In this document: in pieces, positions 34,360 to 47,285 of the stretch
How positions within the stretch are numbered: position 1 is the first letter of the stretch
How the letters are laid out: each line of letters starts with the position of its first letter
Origin: Octopus sinensis
Taxonomy: Eukaryota
Direction of reading: 5' to 3'
DNA: 64,000 nucleotides
Assembly (NCBI RefSeq): GCF_006345805.1
Contig: NC_043007.1
Location: 55,366,001-55,430,000, forward strand
Made by a program: the position numbers and the translations under genes
Notes under the pieces: model-generated
Databases searched by the model: none
What the model saw: only the letters and a program-made list of their open reading frames with translations
Told to the model about the DNA's origin: nothing

Positions 34360-36906
34360 TGGGCAAAAAAATAAAATAGAAGTCACTGCAGCACCAACGG
34401 CAGAAGAATTGGAAGAATTCTGGAGAGAAATATGGTCGGCGAACGAACCACCAAAAAAAAGGACTATCAAAATAACAAACTCGGCATCTGAACAACTTTG
34501 GACCACCATAACAACTGAAGAGGTCACCCAGGCACTGCAAAGACTAAGCAACTGGAAGGCACCTGGGCATGACAAGATCCCCAACTTCTGGTTGAAATAT
34601 CTAACAGGAATGCACAAAAAGCTGGCTGAAAACTTTAACAACGTACTAGCAGAGCCAGAGACAATGCCTGAATGGCTCACGAAGGGGAAAACCATCTTAA
34701 TTCCCAAATCAAATGAAACAGAAAAACCAGAAAACTACAGACCTATAACCTGCCTCCCTACTATGTTCAAGGCATTTACTGCAGTGATATCACAAAGGCT
34801 GAACAAGCACCTGGACGAAAACAAACTGTTCCCAGAAGAGCAGAAAGGATGCCGCAAAGGCTCATATGGCTGTAAAGATCAACTAATGATTAATAAAGCC
34901 ATAACTGAAGACAGCAACAGAAAGAAGAAAGGCCTCAGTATGGCCTGGATTGACTACAAAAAGGCGTTTGATAGCATCCCCCACACATGGATCCTCGAAA
35001 CACTAGCCATTAACAAAGTAGCACCAACAATCATAAAATTCATAGAGCACTCTATGAATAAATGGCAAACAGTCCTACACCTCCAAACAAAAGAGGGACT
35101 CATGAAAACCAAAGCCATCCCCATTAGAAGAGGAATATTCCAGGGAGACACGCTCTCTCCACTCCTTTTCTGCTTGGCACTGTCACCTCTATCTGATATG
35201 CTAAATAGAACTGGATGCGGATATAAATGTTACGGCAAAACGATCAGCCACCTTTTATATATGGATGACCTAAAACTATACGCTGCAAATGACAAACAGC
35301 TGGAAACACTATTAAAGATAGTTCATGGATTTACCAAAGAAATAGATATGAAATTTGGATTAGAAAAATGCGCCAAAGTAACCATGAAAAGAGAAAACTA
35401 GTTAAGAGTAACAACATCCCACTAGATAAAACCAATGAAATAAGAGAATTAGACCAAAGCCAAACTTACAAATACTTAGGAATCCATGAACTAGATAAGA
35501 CACAACACACACCAATGAAAGAGAAAATAAAAAAAGAATATTATAGACGAGTTAGATCAATACTAAACACAGAGCTCAATGCTAAAAACAAGATAATAGG
35601 TATCAACACTTTAGCTGTCCCAGTTATAAGTTACAGCTACAATATCCTGAACTGGACACGGAATGAACTGACCAAAATAGATAGGAAAACAAGAAAAGTA
35701 ATTACAGGATCTAGGATGCATCACCCAAAATCTGACATAGAAAGACGATATATATAACGTATAGAAGGTGGTAGAGGCCTTATACAGCTGGAAAACTACT
35801 ATAAAATAACCACCATAGGACTGCAAAAATATCTACTTCAGAAGGAAGGAAAACTGATCCAGATAGCGGCAAAACACGAGCAAAACAAAAAACTGTTCTC
35901 AGTATTTAAGGAAGCTGACAAATACAAACAAGAAATCATACCACCTAATAAACATGAGGAAGAAGAAGAAGATGGAGAAACAATAAAAGCTATAAAACAA
36001 ATGAAATCCAAACTAAAAATAGAACAGCAACGAACCATGATAAAACGATGGCAAGAAAAGCCCCTTCATGGTAAATACTGACTAAACTAAACGCAAAAGA
36101 AATAGACAAAGAAAAATCCCAGCAATGGTTGAGAAGCTCAGGACTCAAAGCAGAAACAGAGGGATTTTTAATTGCACAAGACCAAAGCCTCCCCACCAGA
36201 AATTACCAAAAACATGTAATGAAAAGAAATATTACAAGTAACTGCAGAATATGTGGAGATGGACAAGATACAATAAATCATATTATCTCTAGCTGCCCAG
36301 TCCTGGCTAAGAAGGAATATATTCACAGACATGACAGAGTTGGAACCTACATACATTGGAAGCTATGCCAACATTATGGAATAACAACAGAAAAAAGATG
36401 GTATAGGCACACACCAGAAAAGGTCACAGATAACGAGAAAGCAACCATACTCTGGGATATGCCGATACACACAGACAGAGAAATTAAGGCCAACAGACCA
36501 GATATAGTTGTCAGAGACCATGAAGAAAACAAATGCTTTCTAATTGATGTATCAATACCGGCTGATGACAACGTGTCTCTAAAAGAAATGGAGAAACTCT
36601 CAAAATACAAAGACCTGGAAATAGAGGTAACTAGAATGTGGAATCTGAAAACAGAAACAATTCCTATCATAGTAGGTGCATTAGGCATGATAAAAAAATA
36701 TTCAGACAAATACATAACAAAAACACCAGGACTTACAAACACATATAACATACAGAAAATTGCACTACTAGGCACTGCACACATCCTACGCAGAACACTT
36801 TCCATACAATAACCATCAGAGCATCGCAACAAATCACAGCACATACCCAAGGCACACAGAGCTGCGCTCGGTAGTGAAGTGAAAGCACGCTATAAAAATA
36901 AAACTA

Positions 36907-36909
<3 letters not shown>
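34357..36909 (+). mobile_element. R4/Dong-clade RLE non-LTR retrotransposon, copy B (more 5'-truncated) inside (AAT)n
   Basis: Highly similar to copy A from ~30410 onward. ORFs 34409-35401, 35368-35757 and 36129-36812 carry YMDD, CRICG..H..SC, RPDIVV..IDVSIP..EK..KY. It ends taaaactactg followed by (AAT)n. Confidence 0.93.
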
Positions 36910-36974
<65 letters not shown>

Positions 36975-37161
36975 TAATTCTTTCTATTTTTGGCACATGT
37001 CCATAAATCTTTTGGGGAGGGGAAAAGTCGATTACAACGACATCAATATTTGATTGGTACTGTTTTATTGATTCCAAAAGACGTGGCTGTATTTGATACT
37101 CAGGTTATGTTGCAAAGCATTTTTCCTAAAGCTTTAACGACTCTGCGAATTCACCCCATTT

Positions 37162-37197
<36 letters not shown>

Positions 37198-37204
37198 GTT
37201 GCAC

Positions 37205-37400
37205 TTTCTAATTTAGTCATAAGTCCAGCAATACTGAGAGAAGTGGTTAGTCGATAATATCGATCCAATACTTAAACTTTACTTAATATTATCAAAGCCG
37301 AAAGAATGAGAAAGAAGGTTGATATCGGCAGGAATTGAACTCAAAGCCTGAAGATATACGGCAAAATCATTTTGACCGACGCTCTAGCGATTCTTTCAAT
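37205..37400 (-). mobile_element. Degenerate Nin-like SINE
   Basis: tagtcgataatatcgatcc, gccgaaagaatga, gatatcggcaggaattgaactc; same layout as 33794-33993. Confidence 0.55.
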
Positions 37401-37954
37401 CACACAATCTTCATAACAACAACACCAATATAATAATTTCTTTTTTGTTTACAAGCGACCAAGACATTTAGGACTACATCAAAAGACGAAACACTACACC
37501 CAATATAGTAGGGTTTACATCGATTAAAATGTGGGGACACACAACAACAACAAAGATGTAAAAACATTAAACAATAAGTGAATTTAAAGTGAAGAGTAAT
37601 GTTATAGCAAATGAAAACTGGGTGGGGGGGGGGCAGTCCACCAAGAATAATTCGTAGAAACCTCCATAAAAAGTCCTAGATATTTCTGCCTTTTTCAAGG
37701 AAACGAGAGTGCCTTCTTTCAGTTTCTTTCCTACTACTTAGAAAATCAAACTCAGATTTGGCCTATTCAGTTATTATTTATGCCGGTTCCTCCGTAGCGT
37801 TGTTTTGCATTTATAATAAAATAAATATATACAAATATATATACTTTCGATAAACTCATTAGACAGCAGCATCTTCTTCTCTACCCCCACCTTCCTCTTC
37901 AAATTATATTTGAAGAAATTGATGAGAGTTAGCTTGATAGGAAAATGTTCGTCT

Positions 37955-38056
37955 TCAAACTTTCCAAATAGGTCAACTTATTAAATAGTGAAAGATCCGC
38001 CTCAGGTCAAACTTTCCAAATAGGTCAACCTATTAAATAGTGAAAGATCCGCCTCA
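37955..38056. repeat. 52-bp direct tandem duplication
   Basis: tcaaactttccaaataggtcaac(t/c)tattaaatagtgaaagatccgcctca starts at 37955 and 38007. Confidence 0.95.
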
Positions 38057-38115
38057 CTTGTCTGCTAAAGGAAGGTGGTGTGTCTTCATTATACATTCCA
38101 CAGACAGTCGGATTA

Positions 38116-38345
38116 CCGTAATCACTCGCCATATCGCATTTCACCTATCACGGTTCACCTATCGCGGGTTATTATTTAAGCTTATGCCGATTCCTCCGTA
38201 GCGTTGTTTTGCATTTATAATAAAATAAATATATACAAATTATAAAATAAAAAAATACAGTACAGTACTGTTTCTGCTTCGTGGATTTTCACCTATCGTG
38301 GGGGTGTTTTGGAATGTAACACCCGCGGTAGTTGAGGGTGTAATC
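38116..38345. mobile_element. Probable pogo/Tigger-like MITE relic; an internal piece is duplicated at ~37770-37845
   Basis: TA|ccgtaatcactcgccatatcgc...cacctatcgcgg left end and cacctatcgtgg...cccgcggtagttgaggg right end resemble CAGTA-type Tigger TIRs. atgccg.ttcctccgtagcgttgttttgcatttataataaaataaatatatacaaat occurs twice. Confidence 0.5.
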
Positions 38346-40170
38346 ACATTCGAAACAGAAACCTCTCGACACAAGCCAACAAGTCACTTATATACAGATA
38401 CTGAATGATTGCATGCAGAATGGATTCGTCTACCTATACGCGTCTCAGACATGTTCGGCTGTTGGCTTTCCATGTCTGAAGATCTTATTTCAAAGAAGTA
38501 ATGACCCCGGTAGCACTGTGATGCTAAGGAATTTTGGAAGTCTCTAACAAGTAAGTCTTTCCAAAGAGACCATTCACACTGTTCTCATCGATACCCACAA
38601 TCAATCCCAGGCCATTGTCACTCAAATCCTCCATTGATTCCCCCACCTTTAGTAGTTTTCCCGCTAACGACTTTGTTCAGTTGGTACAATGCTGTGAGTG
38701 CCTGGCAACATTTTAAGATGCCAAACATTCAATCTTGGCCTGTGCTTGACCCATGTCTGCAGCTCGGTCAAAAGGAACGAACTGCGGAAAGATGTGTTAC
38801 ACGAAAGACAATAATATTTTTATCAAAGAGTATTTATTTACAATGCCTACTATTTCTGATTGTCATCTATGTTTATCACACACGTGCTGCTATCGTTGTT
38901 GCAGTTATTTTATCTTTTTTAAAATGTGGTATAGAGAGATTTTATAGACAACTTCACAACTAATTAATATTATTCGTTCGATAAATGCAACATTTGCATC
39001 TGATGTCTGAAATTAGTTCATCTAAGCAATGTTTGCCAAAGCAATGAATATTTTAGTATTTGAGTCACATTATTGTGTGCGCATTCTTGTAAACAAGGAT
39101 GTGAGGTTTTATGTAGTTACTGCGAATTCATACTATATAAACGTGAAAAAGGGCATGATCCATATCCACTGCGAAAAATGTTAATATTGGAATATTTTTT
39201 CTGACACAAATAAAAGCATTAGATTTCTGTACAATGGTAAATTACAGAAGCTGTAAATTTAAACATCTTTAAAGAAAACTGAGGACATAAATTCCTTAAA
39301 ATACCATAAATTCAGGAATAATTCTCAAGTTTGACATTTTAAGATATTCAGCAGGAAGTGAATTTAAAGTGAGGAATAATGTTATAGCAGATGAAATAAT
39401 TTCACAGGAAAATGAATTCTTTTTTTTAGGTTTAAGAGGCAGAAGGCTAAGTAGATAATTCTGAAGAATAGAAAGTGCAGAAATCTAGACTGATTTTGTT
39501 AGGTTAAGTTGAAGTGCAAATTATTTACATGGAATCGTTTAAGAAATTGATTACGAATCAAATTATTTTCACTGTCCGGCAATATCTTACTGCGAATCGT
39601 CTATTGATTATATATTGGAGAGTATGAAAGTTCTCAAATAATGAATCTTTAGCAATAAAATTAGCCAACATAAACAACATTTTTAAAAAATCATTAAAAG
39701 ACTGTGCTCATGCGTATATTTAAATTTTCTAAATGTTCACTTCGTTTGAAATCCAATAAAACTACTAACATCAATTTAGATTTTCTATTTTAATAGAATA
39801 ATATTCTATCACAGATTCTCACAGCCGGCAAAATTCAGAGTACCCCACTCTAGTGTTTATTCAGTCAATGTTCCTGAGTGGGTGTGTCAATGACAAAAAT
39901 ATTTGACGCTTAACAAACCAATTAATTTAGATGTAGATAGTTTTTAGGGCTAGGTATTAGATTCTCAGTTGAATTGATTTGAAATTATATCATTCATTGA
40001 ATTCCTGAAAAACCATACATTTCTCTAGTCTCGTAATTACGGTGAGATTAAGATTCCCTGATGAAGACAATAAGATATAAACAATAAGATGAAGACAATA
40101 AGATGTAAACCATATTGCAAAAAAAAAACAGTCTCAGTCCACATAGTGCATTCAATATATAAGTGATTTA

Positions 40171-40350
40171 AAGCGGTGAGCTGGCAGAATCGTTAACACA
40201 CTTGACGGCATTTCGTGGGTCTTTACGTTCTGTGTTCAAATTCACCCGAGGTCAACTTTCCCTTTCAACCTTCTGGGGTCCGTAAAACAAGTACCGGTTG
40301 ATCACTGGAGTCATTGGAATCGTCTTACTCTTCGCCCGAAATTCCTATCC
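40171..40350 (+). mobile_element. Nin-like tRNA SINE
   Basis: aagcggtgagctggcagaatcgttaacac...gttcaaattcacccgaggtcaactttccctttcaaccttctggggtc. Confidence 0.8.
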
Positions 40351-40729
40351 TTTTTATCAATATTTAATTATTTCAAATTTCAGGCGTATCTCTTTAACTA
40401 GTTTTACTAGATTTCATAATTTAGTTAATGATTTGACTCGTTATTTAAGGACGTAATTATAAATAACGTGACTTGGCTTTCTACATCAACCACTTTATTC
40501 TTAAATTCTGTGTAACTATACTCTATTTTGTTAGGTTGTATCTAGCTTTAAATTGTAATCATCTCATGGTGAAAACATGAGCAAGCTGTACAACAGCATG
40601 TTGTTTTACAGACCGAGAAAGAGAAAAATATAAAAGAGGGCATTCCCTCAGTCCTCATTATGGTATGTGTATGAACCACTATCACTACTGCCAGTAAAGT
40701 GAAAAACAAATATTTGCCATCAAGTAATG

Positions 40730-40893
40730 TTGGTTTCACATTTTGGTACAAGGTTTGCAATTTTGGGGGAGGAGTAAGTCAATTACATCAACCCCAGTGT
40801 TCAAGGAAAAGTCGGCCTCAGAACCTAAAAACGGACGAAATGCCGCTTAGCATTTTGCCTGGCGCGATAATGATTCTGTCAGCTCCCCGCCTT
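40730..40893 (-). mobile_element. Nin-like tRNA SINE, internally deleted
   Basis: Reverse complement of the family head (aaggcggggagctgacagaatcatt) and tail (ttgtaccaaaatgtgaaacca). Confidence 0.75.
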
Positions 40894-40926
40894 ATTTGTC
40901 ATGAAGTAATATTACTTTGGTAGTTA

Positions 40927-41108
40927 ATGCGGTGAACTGCCAGAATCATTAGAGGCCGTCTTTACCTTCTGATTTTAAATCCCTCTGAGATCGACTTTAC
41001 CGTTCACACTTTCGAGGTCGATAAAATAAATACCATTTGAAAACTGGGGTAATGTAATTGACTTACTCTTCTCCGAAATTGCTGGCCTTGTAGCAAAATG
41101 TGAAACCA
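40927..41108 (+). mobile_element. Nin-like tRNA SINE
   Basis: gcggtgaactgccagaatcattag...gagatcgactttacc.ttcacactttcgaggtcgataaaataaatacca...ccttgtagcaaaatgtgaaacc. Confidence 0.75.
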
Positions 41109-41582
41109 ACATTACTTTGGTACTTTCCTATTATCGCTAGCCAATTTTTACTTATTTATTAAAGGAGACGAATGTAATAACTGATCGCCAGACTTTCGGA
41201 ATAGTTATCACTAGCTAATGGTGAAAGAAACAGGAAAACAATTGGTTGATTGTTTCCTTCTGGGAAAGAAATTTTTGGTGAAAATATTTAATCTTTGATA
41301 TTTTTGCCTTTCAATTGTGCGCCTTTTTCAAGTAAATTTTAACAGTTCCATGTGATAACTATTTTAACTGTACCATGAAATAATTTATTTACTAATCCTC
41401 CGTAAATAAAAAAACTGACTGTTTGACGATAATAGGAAAGTACTATCATTTTTTTCCCTCAAATCATATAATTAGGCAACTAATATTTTTTTCTAAAGCT
41501 GTATGTAATATAATTTTAGCTTCTTAATGTTGCAAGCATTTATTACAATGGCATTTATTTATCTAATATTCAGCATACAAAA

Positions 41583-41780
41583 ATCGGCGAGTTGGCAAAA
41601 TAGTTACCGTGCCTGGCAATATACTTTACCAGTACTTTTTGTCTGTCTTTACGGTCTGAGTTCAGATTCCACCGAAATCGATTTTTTTTTACTTTTAATC
41701 CTTTCGGGGTTAATAAAAAGTACCATTGAACACTGGGGTCAATGTAATCGACTTAACTACTTCCCAAAATTTGAAATCAA
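41583..41780 (+). mobile_element. Nin-like tRNA SINE, degenerate
   Basis: ggcgagttggcaaaatagttacc...tctgagttcagattccaccgaaatcga...atcctttcgggg...cactggggtcaatgtaatcgactt. Confidence 0.7.
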
Positions 41781-42778
41781 TATTTGGCATACAGACGATA
41801 TCTAAGAATTATTATATTTTTAATAAAGATGTCTTAGAGAATTTACTTTCATCGAGGATGCCAAATTAGGTAAAGAATGACTGGCTTTCTCTTCAACTGG
41901 AAATAAGTGAATAAATGTATTAGTCATCAACTGATATTTTTCTCAGAGTATATTTAATCATACTTAAAATATTAAATATTTTTTCACTTGTTTTATAAAG
42001 ACTCATCAAAATTATTCTAAAACGGAATACGTAAGACGTTAGTTTACGTTAAATAATAATCTCCTTATGTTTGTCGACAGAGTCTCTCGAAATAATCTTT
42101 TTAAACTTAAAATACAAAAAAAAAAAAAATCACTAGAAATTTCTGAAACCATTTTCAAATTAGATCTGTGTTTCTGCTTTCCTGATTTTTTTAATGTTGC
42201 TTCGCATTCCGTTTCGTTAATAAAATACGAGTGCAAATATCTAGATGTAATACGATATAGAAATAGGAAGAGGAAAACGTGAGAAAATAATAGTACCAGA
42301 AATGAATAAATAAACGAATTTGTAAAACAAGAAATACAAAAGAAAATAGCCTCCGAGAAAACAGTTTTGTTTTCTTCATTGCAGCCTCAATTGATTTTCA
42401 CACAGAGGTAAATTTCCTACAAGATTCTGAATTCAATACGAAGAATAAAAGCTGTACATATATTTGCGCATATATAAATATACACACAATAAAGATAAAA
42501 TCTATTTAAGATTTTAACGAGTAGCCAGCGTGTGGTTTTTGATATATATACATATATATATATACACACACACACATATGTGTGTGTGTGCGTGTGTGCG
42601 AAAGGAGGTTTGAAAATGCAATTTTAAAGATGTTTATTGACTTGACCGGTTTCACTTTGTTAGAAAAAGATTGTCAAAAGTAAAATGTAAAGCTTTGTAT
42701 AAGCTAACACAACAAAGCTTATACAAAGCTTTACACACACACATATATATATGCGACATTTCATGTGAAACAACCATA

Positions 42779-43934
42779 TATGGTCGTTTCACATGAAATG
42801 TCGCATTTTTATTTACTTGTTAATTCAAACATTTAAAAACACAATTATGCATACCTTCCATTTAATCTGGACTCTTTTTTCTTTCTCAAAAATATTGGTA
42901 TATAAAATTCGTACCCACAGACCTTATGGAAATGATAACAACCAAACTATGTTGAGTGATTTTCTTGTATGAGTACAAACTGTGTCACTCTATCACAAAG
43001 CTCTACGGAATATCAAGCGGGCCTTTCGTAATGGTTTTGTTGACATCAGAACTGTTCAGAGATGGTTCCAAAGCTCTCTTCCAGGAGATGATAGCCTTGA
43101 AAATAAATCAAGGGGTAGGCCAAAATCACTTATTCGGCATGATAGATTAAATGCTTTGATTGAACAAAATTCGAGAACAAAGGTTCGGAAACTTTCATCA
43201 GAACTCCAAGCATCTCGCACAAATGTTTTGGGACACCTGTAAAAAATTGGAACTGTCAAGAAAACAGATAGGTCTGTTACACATCAACTGAATGACATTC
43301 AAAAGAACAAACACCTCGAAGTGTGTTCCTCGTTGCTTTCTCGACTGGAAAAAGACCATTTTTGCATGAAATCATTACTTGTGATGAGATGCAGGAGAGT
43401 CACCTAAGTACTATCCAAACCCATCATTGCACCCTAAAATGTTAGTGGTCACTGTATGGTGTCTGCGAAGGGAGTTATTCATTATTCATTTTTGCATCAA
43501 GGAAAAATGGTAACAGCAACATCGTATTGCCAGGAAATTGATTGTATGCATAAGAATTTGAAAAGAAGCAACCCAGCCTAGTGAATAGAATTTTGCTCCA
43601 CGACAATGTACGTCCTCACACTCCTCAAGCTACGGTCCAAAAGTTGCAAAGCCTGAATTATGGGATTGGTCATCACTTATTTAAGTATTTTGAGCATTTC
43701 ATATACAATAAAACATTCTTAAATAGAGAAGAGGTAACTGAAGCATTCGGACAGTTTATCACAGCAAAAGATGAATTTTGTTTTTAAAGATGGAATATAT
43801 GACATAGATAAACGTTGGCTAAACGTCATCAATGAACATGGACCATACTTTGATTAAATAAATCAGTTCTCTAACACTTCTGAAACATTTTATTGTTACC
43901 TTTCAAATATGGCATTTCATGGGAAACAACCTAA
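42779..43934 (+). mobile_element. Mariner DNA transposon, near full length, decayed transposase (42926-43857)
   Basis: TIRs tatggtcgtttcacatgaaatg / catttcatgggaaacaacctaa with TA on both flanks. Transposase pieces IFLYEYKL, RTVQRWF, GDDSLE..RGRP, ITCDE, ILLHDNVRPH, YHLFKYFE-like and RW..V....G.YFD*. The YSPDL segment is deleted. Confidence 0.9.
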
Positions 43935-44075
43935 TATATATTATCCGAAGTGAACAGTATTATATACCCATTACGGCCAATCTTACAAATCAGTTTCGCG
44001 CTGGGGATTCAACATATTTTTTTTCTTGCTGTAGTTTCAGCTCAGAGCTGTGGCCATGCTGATGCTCCGCCGTTT

Positions 44076-44179
44076 AAAAGAATATGGAACGTTTCACGAA
44101 TTTGCGTATCATCCTTGCGCAGGGGCCATGCTAATCTTCTCTGTATCATTCCAATTTTCAGAATATGTACCGCCGTAGC
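44076..44179 (-). ncRNA. U6: U6 snRNA retro-pseudogene (first ~6 nt missing), fused to a retroelement-type tail at 44017-44075
   Basis: Minus strand gctacggcggtacatattctgaaaattggaatgatacagagaagattagcatggcccctgcgcaaggatgatacgcaaattcgtgaaacgttccatattctttt matches U6 (ACAGAGA box, ISL, 3' U-run) with several substitutions. Confidence 0.95.
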
Positions 44180-44204
44180 TATATATATAAATTTATATAT
44201 TCTT

Positions 44205-44392
44205 TTATTTGTTTCAGTTATTTGACTGCGGCCGTGCTGGAGTACCGCCTTTAGTCGAACAAATCGACCCCAGGATTTATTCTTTGTAAGCCTAGTACTT
44301 ATTTTATCGGTCTCTTTTGCCGAGCCGTTAGTTTACGGGGACGTAAACACACCACCATCGGTCTGACGATGGGGGACAAACACAGACAAACA
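44205..44392 (-). mobile_element. SINE-like dispersed repeat of a third family (second copy at 56570-56760)
   Basis: tttcagt.att.gactgcggcc.tgctgg...agttacgggga..taaa...acc...cggt...ggacaaa is shared between the two loci. Confidence 0.75.
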
Positions 44393-44485
44393 CACACACA
44401 CACACACACACGCACACATGCACACGCACACATACACACACACACACCGACATACACACACGCACCCCAACACACATACATATAT

Positions 44486-44536
44486 ACGACGGACTTCTTC
44501 AGTTTCTGTCTATCAAATCCACTCAAAAGGCTTTGT
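44486..44536 (-). mobile_element. 3' fragment of the CORE-like SINE
   Basis: cgacggacttcttcagtttctgtctatcaaatccactcaaaaggctttg. Confidence 0.7.
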
Positions 44537-45944
44537 TACTGTCTGTTTTGAATTTTGCATGACTAAACCTCCAATAGTTTATTTCTTATTTCTAATGGAA
44601 TTCAGTAGAGGACACCCTAACCCTGCTATCAACTAATGTCTGCTGTTGATCTTTATCTCATATAATGCACTAAAATGTGTTGCTTGTGCCATGAAGTTTG
44701 GAACTTACATATTTACATTAGAAGTTACACAGTCTTCTAAAGTGCCTTCTTTTTGTGGTGTCATGTTGATGAAAATGGCTTTTATTCTTTGTGGCTTTGT
44801 AATTTGTTTTATTGGTTTGTGGCTAAATGTGATGCACATTGCGATCTGATTTCTTTTTAATGACATATCCATCTATTCTATAGCTAGAATTTTCATTTGT
44901 ATGGGTGTACATGGTTGTGTGTTCTATGTATTGTATCCGTGAGTGTAAATTTGTTCTTGTATTAGTCTATAGTCTGGTTGGTCAATTAAACTATTTGAAT
45001 ATATGTTATTAATGTTTCTGTTTGTCTTAAACTGATTTCATCTAATTTAACATTATTCCCATGATCCTTTTCTATTTTCTGTGAAACGCAGCAACTATTA
45101 CTATGATTTATATTCAGTTGGTTTTAAAACGATTTATTCAGAGGGTCTTAAAATGTTAATGGGATAAGAAAGCAATTGTTCCAAAATAAGCAAAGTATTA
45201 ATGAAGCAATAGAAAAGAGCATTGTCGAAGATTGGTGAAAAAGAACTCGTGAATCGCCAGTACGATGCGTTTTCATCTTTTTGTTTATACAAGTAGAAAA
45301 AAACCACAAGATGAAGCTATACGCCAGCCAATGTTTTTCTGTCTGTGAGATGTTGCAATGTCATGCATATATATATATGTATATTATATACTGGAAAGTA
45401 ATACAATTCCGAAGACAGTTGATCGATCATCAGAGACAGCATTGAATAGTACAGAAAGATTATTATCAGAATTTCCCTAAATAAAAAAGACATTGAAAAA
45501 TAAGAAACGTTAACTTTATAATATCGTCTCACGGAACAATGCTCAAACTTCTTGTTTACGTCGAATAAAAAATAACATTATGCGATGATCTAATAATTTT
45601 CATAACGAGGGAATATAGCCTTTACAACAAGCCTAATTTCAGACCACTCACTTAGTCCTGATCAGTTTATAGTTCCCAGTTTCGACACAAAGTTCTGCAT
45701 TAAGGTAAAAAAAATGGAAAGTGACTTTTAGTGATTAAAAGGTATAAAATTAATGACAAACAACGTGATTCATTCAGATGTAAAGGTAATAAACAGAAAT
45801 ATAAACACACTAACAAAATCATGTTACAAGAATCTTACACAAGTTCTACAGGAGTTTAAAAACAGCGAAAAGATTGTAATTACAGAAGAATCCATTGCAA
45901 ACGCCAACAATATGCATATATATATATATATATATATATATTTA

Positions 45945-46000
45945 ATTTTAATTTAATTTAATTTTAATTTTAATTTAATTTTAATTTTAATTTAATTTTA
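45945..46000. repeat. AT-only (TTAAT/TTTTAA)n low-complexity tract
   Basis: Directly visible. Confidence 0.85.
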
Positions 46001-47285
46001 TTTTTACTTTTATTCTACTTCCATTTATTCTCATTTTCATTTTCATCCCTTACCTTAACTCTTATAATTTTTATAATTCTTATACTTCATTTCTAACTAT
46101 TACATTGTATTTCTTATTTTATACTGTATTTTTTATTTCTAATCTTTACCCTTACCCTCATTCTTACCCCTAACTTATCGCTTTACACCTCTATATATGT
46201 TTATTTACTTACCTATGGATCCACCTTTTGAATATACGAGCGTCCGCGTACGTGTGTATACGCATACATACATATGCACGCGCATATATGTACATGCATA
46301 CTTCGATATCTTATAGCTATACCCATGTGCGCGTGTGTCTCTGTGTGTGTATATGAGGGTATATGTGCACGCACATACGGACACACAGCCGTGTGTGCGT
46401 GCGCGTATTGACATGAGTACGGGATTCTTTACATACGTTCTTATACACATCCTTTAATATCTTATACCTGGACCTAGAGACGTGGGCATATACGTGTGTG
46501 TATGTAGTGATGGGCGCGCGTATATACATGTGAGCGTGTACGCGCGTAATGTCCGTGTATATATGCGGATATTCTGTTGTATGTATGTGTGTGTACGCGC
46601 GTGCGTGTGGGTGCGTGTGTGTTTATGTACGTGTTTACACGCGAGTGCGTGTGTATGCTTATAGGCTTGGAGGCGTATATGTACGCGTGTATGTGGGTGT
46701 ATATATCCATGATGATATGTTTGTACTAGAAGTCCATTTAATTCAAGGAACCAGATTAAATGCTCATCAGCTCTGATTTACAACGCATTAAGTCCCCAGA
46801 CGAAACTGTTGATGTACTGACAATTCTACAACTAAATTTTATCAATCTCCTGACCACCATGCTTGGTCCATAACCTCTATACATCCCTTATCTTTACATT
46901 CTTTTACACTTTTATCATGTTTTTATCAGGTTTTTTTTTACTTTTATTTCTATTTCTATTTTTACTTTATATTTCTTTATACCCCCTTTACATCTACTTA
47001 CAATCCTTTATCCTCTACATTTTTATATTATTCTATACTTACACTTTTTATACATTTTTTATCCCTCGTCCCGAACTCTCGCCCCTCCATCTTCACCTCT
47101 ATATATGTATTTATTTATTTACATTACCTCAACATCCAATTTTCCTCATTCTACATTGAGAGAAGAAAGGGATGGACGCTTCAACTCTATGCTGCTGCCG
47201 CATTATGTCGTACGTGAATGAGAGGATTTGCATCCCCAACCAAGAATTTTTGATGTAACACATGTCCTTGTGGAAGCTGTTGTGC

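Noticed and set aside
40056-40115. cctgatgaagacaataag... as a hammerhead
   Set aside because: The core CUGAUGA is present but the GAAA half is broken (gtaaac) and the segment is locally duplicated; at best a dead relic.
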